Positions 39,040 through 50,980 of a stretch of 64,000 bases of DNA are shown piece after piece. A program made the position numbers and the translations under genes. The notes beneath the pieces were generated by a model. It did not search any database and was not told where the DNA came from. It saw nothing but the letters and a program-made list of their open reading frames with translations. This stretch comes from Octopus sinensis (lineage: Eukaryota), in contig NC_042998.1 in assembly GCF_006345805.1 (NCBI RefSeq), positions 140,802,001 through 140,866,000 on the forward strand, given 5' to 3'. Each line of letters begins with the position of its first letter. The first letter of the stretch is position 1.

Positions 39040-39485
39040 CGTTAATCAGCGCGCGCACACGCGGCTCTCTTCATCAGTTGAGTAGTGGAGCGGACCGGCA
39101 GCCTCAACTGCGCCAATACCACTGCTATCATACTGGATGCTATATTATTATAGTATATTGTATACTATACGGGGGTAACTGTTGTTGATATACGCATACA
39201 ACACACTAATACTCATAATTAGTATATCGATAATATATACAGAAGCAAATTTCCTTATTCTTTCAATTAGATAATAAAAAGAAATTCTTAAACGAAAAAA
39301 AAAAAAATCCAACAAATTACAGTAGTAGCAGTAGTTTTTTTTTTTTCGGGAGTAGTATCCTGCGAGGTGTGTGTGTGTGACCACATTGAAATATATACTA
39401 AGTATACGGCAGCAAAAATGTATTTCTCTTTCTAATGAAGTATGAGCGGTTGTCGGATAGTCTGGGTGCTTGCTTCTGTGTAAGT
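39040..39485 (+). promoter_or_regulatory. GC-rich core-promoter-like segment with a possible plus-strand first exon
   Basis: GCGCGCACACGCGG followed by Inr-like TCAGTT (39074-39079); candidate donor TGT|GTAAGT at 39479/39480. Confidence 0.25.
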
Positions 39486-42086
39486 ATGTCTATAAAGGAT
39501 GCTGCTTTTAGCGGTTTCGATTTCAGCTTGAAACTGTCTCACTTCACATACGTTGTTAATGATAGCTACTGCTGAAATTATATATATATATACCAACAAC
39601 AGCCATACAATTTCTGCTTTCCTCAAAATATAAGGCAATGTGCTTCGTCGCAAACTCCATTATGAGGCAAGAAGAGAGCTACCAGTGTGCAGATACGGTT
39701 TCAATCCCTGCCTAAAAGCAATTTGATTTACAACATTGCTCGATGCTCCTAGGGAAACATGAACGTCACACAATCTTATTCAGAAAACACTGACTGTCCT
39801 CCCAGCTCGTGGCCTTGGGGTTAGGGTTTTTTTTTACAAAACGTCGTTATACGTAAAGAAGTTTTATGTGGGCCGTGTATGCAACCCGGTTACTATTATA
39901 TATGAATTAGACCGCTAAAGCAGTTCGGGAAAAAACAAACAAACAGAAAACATGCACATCACAACATCCCATATTCACTTCGCTATAACTCTGAATTCCA
40001 GTGTATAACCAAAAAAAAAAAAGACGTCGATATAATTTCAGACAAAAAGAAAACTAATCTCCAGGGAACCGAGTTGACGCTCTGGTTTCGATTCTCGGAA
40101 GAAACCACTTCACTTCATTGCGACACTAAGACAACAATAATATCGCAACGTCCCCTCCCTGATGAAACATAGTATTAAAAATATACAAGTGTTTCTGCAC
40201 GTGTGCTGTTGCACAATTCTTAGCAACAGCATGCACGATAGTGCAAGTAAGTGAAACAGTCGGCTTCTGTTACACACGACAAACATATTGGCCTAAATAT
40301 TGAATTCACACTACACATTTATGTCCACATACACAAACATATAAACACACATTACATACATTATGTGTGTGAATATATATATATATATATATTATTAATA
40401 TTATTATTACAATAAAATTTTATATCTTGGACATAGAGTTACCCACGATATATATAGCGAGGGAGAGGTTTTGTAGAAACTAACGTGAATAAGTTTGATA
40501 TGTAGCATGCACGAAATTGGCTCGAGCCACTTTTGTAACTTCCTACAGATTAATAAATAAAAAAGGTATCAAATGCATTACATAAATGTGTGTGTGTGTT
40601 TTATATGTATATATAGTGTACACACACATTGACGTGTATGTCTGATGTATACACATTAAACTGCATTGTACCACCAGGGGAATGAGTTGCTCAAAAAGAT
40701 AAACAGTAGTAGTAGTAGTAGTAATTCATTCATTCAACGAAGCCCCCTATTCCTAAAGGATGTCGTTGAACTAACAACAGTTCCCTAAGTATACGGGTGG
40801 AAAAGAGTGGAGGAGGGGACGAGATCGGGGGCGATAGACAATGGCCCAGTCCATCTAGTAACAAGACTACTACAACGGGAAGGGACAGTTCGTTGCTTAT
40901 AGCAGTGAGATCTGTATATAATTGACCAGCGACGATGTGCTCAAAGCTTCCATGGCTACAGTTAATTTGGAGATGGTTGATTCCAAATTAGCTGTTGTGC
41001 GCTGGGTACACGAACACGATATCCTCAATTAATACCTAGCAACCCTAATTGGTTATGGGGACTCCTCATCTGTATGTGCGTGTTTGTCTAAAACCCCAAT
41101 CAGTCTCAAAGGATCAGAGCTTGATTCTGGTTACTTGACATTTAGCTTTGACATATTTTCATCACAGTCTGTGTACAACGAACTAAATCAGGAAGATATA
41201 GAAGTATATATAACACAGTACAAGGAAATACCCGTTCTCAATTCGAACTCAATGTTAGTAGGTGTAAACCTCGTAATTCTGTCCGCTACTACACATATAC
41301 AGAGAAGACACGTAGGCCGAAAGAGCAATGGCTATTTTATTAAAAGTTTTAGTATAAATTTTGTGATCGTTTGTGTTTCATTAAACGCAACAAAATAACT
41401 CAGTACTGCTTAGGAGGATCATATTGAGCCAAATTTTCTTAGAGAACCCAATATCAGTGCTTTAGGCACAAAACCTCGTAGGAAATAAGAGTATGTGACA
41501 TGGAAATGGTTACAACTGCGAATCGAAATAGTTGTTACCACCAGCAGACATTCTTAAGATTCTAGCAAAGATTATACATATATAAAAAAAGAGAGAGAGA
41601 ACTTTTGGTGAGACAACAGTGCATACATACAAGAAATAAATAGGCCATGGGAACGTACGATATATATATTAATATTATATTAGATTAGATAATTGTAGAC
41701 ATAAATATACCCTCGTGTATAAACTTTTTTCGTAAGGTCGTACTAATCCAGAACTTCATGTAGCATATTCAGTTTTAGATTCTTCCGCCTCTCATGGAGC
41801 ATCGGGTGACGCGAGATATCTTCTAACCTAGCAAGGTTGCAAACCCTCGCTATGAATTCCCACCCTGCCTGTCAATGGAAGGTATTTTTAATATTCCACT
41901 CCTACACAAAGTTTAGAGATGGTGAAACCACTCGTTAATAAGTATCAGTAAATATTGCACATTGCGGTTTTCAAAGAAGAGCGCCATTCTATCGATCCAT
42001 TCTATCGATCCAGCCAACATCGATAAACGATTACTTAGGTCAATTCAACCAAATATCTATCTATCTATCTATCTTTCTCTCTCTCT

Positions 42087-42130
<44 letters not shown>

Positions 42131-43603
42131 GTATATATACACCCACGCCTTCTTCCTGGTAGTGCCCCAGTTTGGCCGCAGCCCAATGACTGAAGCGAAT
42201 AACAAGATGTTGCTTTCTGTAGCGTGGAAATAAATAAACGTTAAATTTTGGGATCAAGGACGAAAAATCCAGGATCATGTTAAAAGAAGACGAAACGAAA
42301 TGTGTTGGACCAAGATGATTAATGCAGCGGTGACTGACTCAAAGTGCTATAGATCAGATTTGCATCGAACGGAACTTATTTTCAACCAAAAGGTAAAGTG
42401 TAACTAGAGCAAATCACTTGAAAATAAGGTATTGGAATTTTTTTTTTATAAAACCAGCCTAATTACCGATGATGTTAATATACAAGGTGTTCAACTTATT
42501 ATATACATGTATATCTCCCTCATGCATTTATATATATCGAGATTAAAGTATAGTCACTATCTTCAGTAGGATATACTCGCGTAGACTAACCCAAGGTTTT
42601 AACGTCGATATGTAGAGCATTTGGAAAGGAATGAACGCCTCAAAATCATCAGAAGTTTTCCGTTAACTAGCATTTTAACAGCATGGATTGAAAACCATCT
42701 GTGGGTGAATGCATATACCTAAAATGAGCAAATAACGTAATCTAGAATTTTTTTTATTGCTAATTAAGGTTATTATAAAAAATACACAACTGCTTTCAAA
42801 ATATTTTGATGCAATAATGGAGCAATAAGAAGATTAATTTAGCTGGCTGTTCATTTGGTTCATCATATAAATTTGTTCGCTGACATCATTTCCATTTTTT
42901 TTTTCTCTCAGCTTAAAATGCATTGATAAAGCATTCTCCCTCCTGTTAAATGAAGGGACTTCACGGACACAACAGATACTGTGAGTTTGATATATTTATT
43001 TAATATTTTGTTACAAATATCCATATATTTTATATTACATATTTAACTGATGCTTTAAGTGTGAAGTAAGTCTAGAGGCTGAGGTCTATTTTACACAACA
43101 CACATACACCCAAATCGACTTTGTTCTATAACAGGGTGCGTGTACGTGTGTAATTATTCAGATGGCGGGACAATTGTTAAAACGCCGGCCTGTGTAACTT
43201 TAAACTGACTTTATCAGAATCCTTGGTCGACGCACACATCCTTCGTTTTTATTTACGGCTAACGAAAATGGATGCACCGTTTAATAATATCTGGAAGTAA
43301 GTAGTATAATGCGATACGAGTGGGAGGGTGAAAAAGATGACAACTGAAACGTCTACCTTAGGTTAGAGATGTCAACGAACGGGGAGAGGGGGATGCGGTG
43401 AAGCTATCCACTCGGTCGCTTCCGGCTGTGAAGGCGCACCGCGCACTTCCTTACATAGGTATGACATTTCTGAAAATATAAATAGTATGCTGTGGCATTC
43501 ATCCTTTCCCTTAAGGTGTTCGAGATGGAAGCAATTCAAATAGAAAATCAAAACAAGGGCTTGTACTTAACAAACACACACGCATTCCTTCTCACTAAGG
43601 TTT

Positions 43604-43644
<41 letters not shown>

Positions 43645-43737
43645 GATTTGTTACAGATGTATTAAGGGGTCTCTTTCTCCCCACCACTCATACATCACGC
43701 AGATTTCTGACAAAGGTATTAGTGTATATTTCTCTTA

Positions 43738-43769
<32 letters not shown>

Positions 43770-44656
43770 TTAACTTTGGTTTTGGACTGCGGGAATTGAA
43801 AACTATGCCAGCGAACAAAATAATTATATGTACCAGAGCAGACCAAGAAACCTAATGTAACTTCGTATTACTAATTATTAATTAGATCTAAGAAGAAACT
43901 ACCGTTCAAAACATTCTTGCAACAAGTCAGATACCCTGTCCATATAGAATAGATAAATTAAAACTTAACAGGTTTTAATTTTTAGCAGAAAATAGAAATT
44001 TAGCTTGTCATTCCATTAAAAAATGGAATGAAGAAAAAAAACAAACTATTTCTAATTAAAATAAATACACATCCCGGTGTTCAAAGTATATCATATATTT
44101 ATAAATTTATCTCTCTGGTGGTATATCTTAGCTTCTGTGTTCACCCACACACTTTTTTTTTTTAACCATAGGTGACTATAAGTGGTTGCTTATTGTTAAA
44201 CGTAGTCGGCAAATGAGACAAATAAAATGAGTGCCAAATCAGACATTTCCGATCTGCACTGTTAAAACATCTTTTCAGTGGTTGTTTTTCTTTTTTAACA
44301 AAAAAAGACAACAATCTCCCTAATCTGCAAACGTATAGCTCATACCATCCATCCATCCATACAGTACCCACCCCATCTATCATGATCTCCTACATCTCTT
44401 TCTATATAGCTGCTCTGTTGTCCCACTTGAAAGTCAATGGGCACTTTATTTTCTTTATTTTTTTTTAATTTACTTTTATTTATTTATTCTCTTGTTCTCA
44501 GCTTTCTTATCGAGCCTTCCGATACCCCCCCCCCCTATATATCTATTTATCTGCCTGTCTTTATATCTTTTCTTTCCTTCCTTTCTCTTAAGTCTCTGTC
44601 AGATATTGTTGACGGACACCTATTCATTACACACCGGTCCGCTATATAATGTGTAT

Positions 44657-44694
<38 letters not shown>

Positions 44695-45769
44695 CACACA
44701 CACACAGACGCAGTGTGCTACGAACACTATATATATATATATATATAAATATATAATATGTGTGTATGTGTATTATATATATATATATATATGTTATCTT
44801 GGAGAAAGTAAAAATTATCTTCACACTGGTACTTTGGATGTTCGGTCTTATCTATCTATCTATTATACACGTACACACATACATGTGTGCGCACGCTAAT
44901 TTTGCTTTTTTATAATGTAAAGATTGATAGTAACTTCGAAGTTTTGGGTACATAGCCGTCATTAGATTAAATATGGTAGTCTTCTAAAACGTATTCACTG
45001 ATCCTTCAATTTAATATTCGATTGTTATATATATAATATATATGTATATAACTTTACAAAATTATTACGTTCTTGTATATAATAATATTCATAACAGTGT
45101 GTTCGGCCATTTTTCTTTTCTTCTATCCTTAACTTTTAGATAGGAAAATAAAATACGAATAAAATTAATTTAAAAAACAAACAAACAAAAGAACGAAGTA
45201 GAAAAAAATCTTGTGCCAACAGGACACTAACCTAATTCGACTTTTAAGAAAGAATATAGACACATGCAACATTGTAGACAACAAAGAGAAAAGAACGAAA
45301 ATCATTCATATCAATTTTGTTCTAATACTAGAAGTCTTTTTGCAGCAACTGTGTTTTTTTAATTATGTTTTTTTTTCTATTTATTTTGCAGCACCAGATA
45401 AGCCAAATCTGTAACGTAGGGTTTCGATTCCCAGCTGCTGAAGTCATTTATTTTCACTTCAATCAAGAAGCTTAATAATTTTACCCTTGGCCAATCACTG
45501 CACGAATGTCATACAGTTCTCTCACTACACAACTACTAAACTTCTGTAATTAATGAAGTTGTGGCTTTTGTATTTAAATAAATCATAATGATAATTGTTT
45601 TATTTTTTGTCTTTTAAGCACCCACAGAGAGAGAGAGATGACTTGATTTCGATTTCCGGTCGAACCATTTCCGATCGCTTACGTGTCTCATGGCCTTGGG
45701 ACATGAATAAACACCTTCAATAAAACCTTTATTGTGCCCCGGTAAGAATTATTATTATTAATTTCTTCC

Positions 45770-46130
45770 GGCCTTTATGTTCAGAGTTCAAATCCCGATG
45801 AGGTCAACTTCGCCTTTCACCCTTTCGGAGTCGGTAAAAGTCTTGGGGCTGGTGTAAGCAACTACCCCTCCCCCTCAAAATGTCAGGCCTTGTGCCTATG
45901 TAATAAGAAGGCATTATTACTCAGAATCATTAGAGTGTGTCAGAAAATATACTTTGCAACATTTTGTTCCGGTTCTTTAGATTCTGAGTTCAAGTCTCGC
46001 CGAGGTTAACTTTGCCTTTCAACCCCTCAAAATAAAATAAGTACCAATCAAATACTGGAGATTGATGTTTATCAACTAAACACACCTCTACTATAAACAT
46101 CATTGGCCTTGTACTCCAACTCGGAAACTA
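45770..46130 (+). mobile_element. Two tandem SINE family B copies, CpGs partly retained
   Basis: GAGTTCAAATCCCGATGAGGTCAACTTCGCCTTTCACCCTTTCGGAGTCGG and GAGTTCAAGTCTCGCCGAGGTTAACTTTGCCTTTC. Confidence 0.8.
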
Positions 46131-46682
46131 TTATATTTCGATTGAGGGCCGTTCAGTGTCTATGAAACAGAACAAGACAATATCTATTTTATTTATTTAT
46201 TACATCTACCCACCCGTCTCTTATGGGTTATTATACACGACACTCCAAAAGACAACCCACACTACTAACAAAACCCGTGTCTGTTAGTCTGCTTTCTTGT
46301 TAATCGAATGGGAAGGGAGTTCAGCAAATTAGTAACTTTTTTTTTCCGGCTTGAAATGGCGATCTTTTAAAACACTGTTGAAGAGTTTTGGTTCAACAAG
46401 GTTGTTTGTTGATGGGACACTGACAGCGAACCGAAGTTGATATGCTCCCAACCCCCATTCAAAGGAGCCAGTTATGGGGAGAGAGAAGGAACGGGAGTAA
46501 CAAAGCGCGCACACAACACATAGGGCGTTTTTTTGTTTGTTACTTTTTTACTTCCTTAAAATATAGGACAATCTATATAATGCTGTATATATAGTTATTT
46601 TTTTTTATTTTACTTTCCTTGAGCATGAAGTTCTATAAATAAACAAACAAAATAAAATAAACAGTTAAAAAGGAAGAAAAGA

Positions 46683-46716
46683 AAGATCAAAGCAGTTTGC
46701 CGCATGCTTTGATCTT
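46683..46716. promoter_or_regulatory. Perfect 12-bp inverted repeat made of two TCF/LEF-like sites
   Basis: AAGATCAAAGCA-GTTTGCCGCA-TGCTTTGATCTT; CTTTGATCT matches the TCF/LEF HMG consensus. The palindrome is certain, the function is inferred. Confidence 0.45.
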
Positions 46717-46905
46717 ATGATTGACTGCGAGTTTTAACTACGCTAGCTCAGACCACCGTCTAGCTGCAGCACTCGACAGGCATTCAGCTAAATTAAATTA
46801 CAGCCGAGTAATAATAAAAGCAGTGTTATGCTTTAGTCTCCACAATGGTCTTTTAATGTGGGCGCGCATACACATTAATAAACATACACTCACACACACA
46901 CAATT

Positions 46906-46957
<52 letters not shown>

Positions 46958-47052
46958 AAGAAATATCTGTATAGCTTTACACATACATTAGTCATATACA
47001 CTTTTAAAACCAGGCATTAAATATCTGGAGTGTGTGTATATATATATATATT

Positions 47053-47103
47053 TTCATTCCTAGCCACATAGTTAAGTTTACCCTGTCAGTATGTATGTAT
47101 GTA

Positions 47104-47189
<86 letters not shown>

Positions 47190-47239
47190 TATACACACAT
47201 TTCAGACAGGGTAAACTTAACTATGCCGGTAGAAATGAT
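47053..47239. repeat. Inverted repeat bracketing a (TG)/(TA) microsatellite (MITE-like or foldback)
   Basis: Perfect 21-bp arms CATAGTTAAGTTTACCCTGTC (47067-47087) / GACAGGGTAAACTTAACTATG (47205-47225), extending imperfectly to about 35-40 bp. Confidence 0.9.
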
Positions 47240-48443
47240 AGGGCTTTAGTAACAGGCTGATTTCATAGTACAAGAGTATCAGAGAACAGCCTGCCAAAGA
47301 TCTTGTTTTATACCATTGGTTTTTATTTTAGTTTATCAACACTTTTTGGAAAATGTAAATAAACTTGTAAGGCTTTCACATAAGAAAACTACTATGTATT
47401 GGCCGACAATTTTAATTAAGAACTAATCTTGTGTGTCTGAGAGAATGTGCACTCATATACACACACATAAGGATCTTGCTTGTTACGACTGGAAGTATCT
47501 CGTTTAGTTTAAGATCCTTGTCAATTTATAAAGATATATTTCCTCTACTCACCAAAATAATAATAATAATGATAATAAAAAGCCTCTCTTTTGTGCCTTT
47601 GCACCATGTGAGAATTAGCTGCAGTACAAGAATGACCTAGCTGTGAATTAGACATTACAAAAACCAAGGCAAAAAAAAAAAAAAGGTTCAAAGAACCAGT
47701 CCTTAATTTGTTCTAGCAACGCTCATTTCCAACTTGAATATGATGTCGCACATTTTGAAAGCAAGCAAGCAAGAAAGCAGTTGAATGAATCAACTTCCAA
47801 TACTTGTGTTACTTCAGCTGGAATGAAAGTCAACGCTGAGCCCATAATCCCATAATTTGAACTGAGACTATAAGTAAATGCTACAAAGCACTTAATCTGG
47901 CATCTTAGAATTTCTGCCAGTCAATCAGTTTAAATGAATGCTCCACATGGCTTCTAGATCTAAGCTCATCAGCATGGCCCAAACAACAGTGCCATGATTT
48001 TTACATAACAAAAACTAACTTGAAAACACTATGGTTAACATTTAATTACTGCATTCTATCGAGACTAGTTTTTAGTACGACAATATATATATGTGTGTAT
48101 AGTCGTATGTATGTCACTGGATTCATTAGGCTGTTAGATGTATATACACTGATGGTCACAATGTGCTTTTCCACATTGTTGTAACTTTCAAATGATGCCA
48201 CCCTACTGGGCAGGCAAGCAGGGTTGTTTATAGCTGAGAGGGCTGGAGCAATGGGAAATTAAGTATTTTTTCAAGAACACAACACACTACTGGTCTGGGA
48301 ACTGCACAACCTTACGTGAATGAAAATTTCTTAACCACTAGGCCATGTGCCTACACACGCACAAATGCACCATAATATGTATGCATGTGTGTATTTATTA
48401 AGGTACAACTAAACCTTTCCTTGCGATGTCCCAGACAGCTTAC

Positions 48444-48545
48444 CTTTGGAGATCTAATAACTCTTTTGAAAACAGAATAATTTCCATTTGTCTTTGATCT
48501 TCCACCAAATGCCAGCTTTTATTCAATAGAAACTTAGTGACAAAG
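48444..48545 (-). CDS. Candidate 102-nt exon (unidentified)
   Basis: gtttcag|CTTTGTC...CTCCAAAG|gtaagc; one open frame FVTKFLLNKSWHLVEDQRQMEIILFSKELLDLQ, phase 2-2; the pyrimidine tract is weak. Confidence 0.2.
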
Positions 48546-48794
48546 CTGAAACCCTAATTGCTTATGAAATTAACTCAAGTACAAGGTTATATCCAGTTGG
48601 CTGGTTGGTTGATATGCTTCATGGCACACATTCGCAATATCTTATTCATACATGAGCGGCAGAGGGGTAGGATGGGACTGTTTTACCCAACGAAGCTTAA
48701 GTATAGGAAATGATGTCATACAGTGAATTAATGCTATTGCCAGGAACACGGCATGTGTGAATTCAAAGACTCAAGATTTGCAAACAGTAATAAT

Positions 48795-49880
48795 AATGTT
48801 TCCAATTTTGACACAAGACCAGCAATTTTAGGTTATCTTAGTTCATTATAGTACTTGACTAGTACTTTATTTTATCAATCCCCACTAGGGTGAAAGACAA
48901 ACCTGGCCTCTGTTATTTGAACTCGGAATGTTAAGAGCCGTAAAAAATTCCACAAAGTATCTTGTCTGACATGCTAATAATTCTACCTGATGGCTGCCTT
49001 TATTATTGCAATGAGTTCTGATTAACTACATGGGCAGCAATTTTGTGGTGGTAGGAATTAGTTGATCACATCAGGCCCTAGTATATAACTGCTTACTTCA
49101 ATGTTATCAACCCACCCCATGGAAATAAAAGCTGACCTCAGCAAGATTTGAAATCAGAGTGTAAGGACTTGGAACAAATACGAGATGTTCTTTTCTGACG
49201 CACTGATTTTTGCCAGCAATAATAATAATAATAATAAATTTGGTACAAGTCTAAGCATTTTAGGAGAAGGACACAGTTGACTGAAATGACCCTAGAACCA
49301 AATTGTTTGTTTCATTTATCAACCTGCAGAAGCATTGTTACTTTAACAGGATTTGAATTCCGAATATGCAAGCATTTAATTAGACATTTGCAAAGCATTT
49401 TGTCTAATGCTCTATTGGTTCTGTGAAACCCTGTTCAAAAAATTATTTCGAACATTGACATAACTACAGCAGTTTTGAGGAGAAGAGGTCAGTTGATTAC
49501 ATCACTTCCAATACTTGACTAATACTTTATTTTATTGACTCCTGGAGAGATGAAAGACGATGTTGACTCTGACGGGATTTGAAATCAAAATGGAAAGAGT
49601 CTAAAAGAAATACTGCAAGACGCTTTTTTTTTTTTAATCCTGATGCTCTAATAATTTTACTGATCTACCACCAGAACAAACAATTCTACCAATTCCACAA
49701 TCCTAAATAATAGTAATAAGGGTTTCAAATTTTAAGTATTTTTTTCATTGACCCAGAAAGGATGAAAGGCAAAGTCAACCTCAGCAGAATTTTAACTCAG
49801 AACATAAAGACTGACGAAATGCTGCTAAGCAGCATTTTGCCCAGTGTGCTAACGATTCTGACAGCTCATTGCCTTAATAA
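48795..49880 (-). mobile_element. Array of about five head-to-tail SINE family B copies
   Basis: Successive decayed copies, each with TACTTTATTTTAT..A.CCC...ATGAAAG...TTTGAA.TCAGAA, separated by AAT-rich spacers. Confidence 0.7.
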
Positions 49881-50001
49881 TGATTTCTAACATGGACCTA
49901 TATATACATATACTTGACTAAACACACACACACAACAGCAGAACGATCCCTGCAATCTAAGATACTTGTTTTAGTACGGCTTTTATAGCTGAATATCATT
50001 C

Positions 50002-50335
50002 CTAATGCCAACTACTCTACAGAGTGTACCTGGTGTTTTTTTTCTGTAACACTGGCACTAATGAGGTTACCAAGTAACTCGTAAGACAAGACAAGAAAAT
50101 TCCTTTCGCTAAGTAGGGTTGCTTTGTTTTATGTATCTCCGCTGTAGCAAAACATACCTGTCTGTCCGTCATGCTTTAGCCTCTCAACATCTGGCATAAA
50201 GCCACCACCCTCTCTGCTACAACCCTACTTAGTCAAAGGATTTTTCTTGTCTTACGAGTTACTTGATAACCTCACTAGTGCCGGTGTCACAAAAAAAAAT
50301 ACACCAAATACACTCTGTAGAGTAGTTGGCATTAG
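50002..50335. repeat. ~120-bp inverted repeat of a family C segment with a 98-nt spacer
   Basis: 50002-50121 (CTAATGCCAACTACTCTACAGAGTGTA...CTAAGTAGGGTTG) pairs with 50220-50335 (CAACCCTACTTAG...TACACTCTGTAGAGTAGTTGGCATTAG). Confidence 0.92.
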
Positions 50336-50689
50336 CCATACTAAAACTGTGAGACTCAATACAATACTTTGCAACCTATGCTAGCATGGAGTATTAACGC
50401 TAAATGATAATGAAATATTGTTCCTCTAACAGTATGCATTGCCAGTTTAATGCCATTGTTGATTAATAATTTAAACCAAAGTTTTTTAAATATACCAATG
50501 CTTTTGAATATAGTGTTAGGAATTGTTTCATAATCAAGTATTCTTTTTACACATTCAGAAACTGCTGACCTATTTTATTTGAATCAACCCAAATGAAGTA
50601 GTTGTCTTATGACCCAATAAACAGCTGTCATTCATAGCTTTGGTAACAAATCATCATTGTTTTAATGTTTCCAAGTAATATTTCTCCAG

Positions 50690-50980
50690 GATCAAATATG
50701 TTCAACAAGACGGGAAACCAAGGACATCACTTGTATGATGGTGACACCTGAATACTATCACATGATGTCAAGACAATACAATAACACATATACACACACA
50801 TTTATATATATACACGCACACACACAAATGATGAGCTTCTTTCAGTTTCTATCTACCAAATTCACTCACAAGGTTTTAGTCAACAAGAGGTTACAGTAGA
50901 AGACATTTGTCAAAGGTGCCACGCAGCAGGGTTGAACCCAGAACCATGAGGTTAGGAAGCAAACATCATACCATAGAGCC
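50690..50980 (-). mobile_element. SINE family A copy (other minus copies at ~53370-53620, 56640-56940, 58250-58665, 61500-61875)
   Basis: GCTTCTTTCAGTTTCTATCTACCAAATTCACTCACAAGG...GTAGAAGACATTTG...GAACCCAGAACCATG. Confidence 0.75.

Larger units (their letters stand above)
32300..46900. promoter_or_regulatory. CpG-retaining, SINE-poor domain (probable unmethylated promoter/regulatory region)
   Basis: CG dinucleotides are common here and scarce in both flanks; the A-D SINEs that tile the flanks are essentially absent until ~45770. Judged by eye, not counted. Confidence 0.6.

Noticed and set aside
39070-39115. pre-miRNA hairpin
   Set aside because: The stem is only 8 bp and I recognise no known mature miRNA here or elsewhere in the window.
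45388-45438. tRNA-like or mascRNA-like fold (GCAGC/GCTGC stem, CAGAT-AAGCCAA-ATCTG arm, GGTTTCGATTCCC)
   Set aside because: Only ~50 nt, no D arm or A box, a 3-bp T stem, a non-canonical anticodon loop and no upstream A-rich triplex strand. It overlaps a better-explained splice acceptor.
36112-47214. ORFs containing IYIYIY, THTHTH or CVCVCV
   Set aside because: They are read-through of (TA)n and (CA)n microsatellites.
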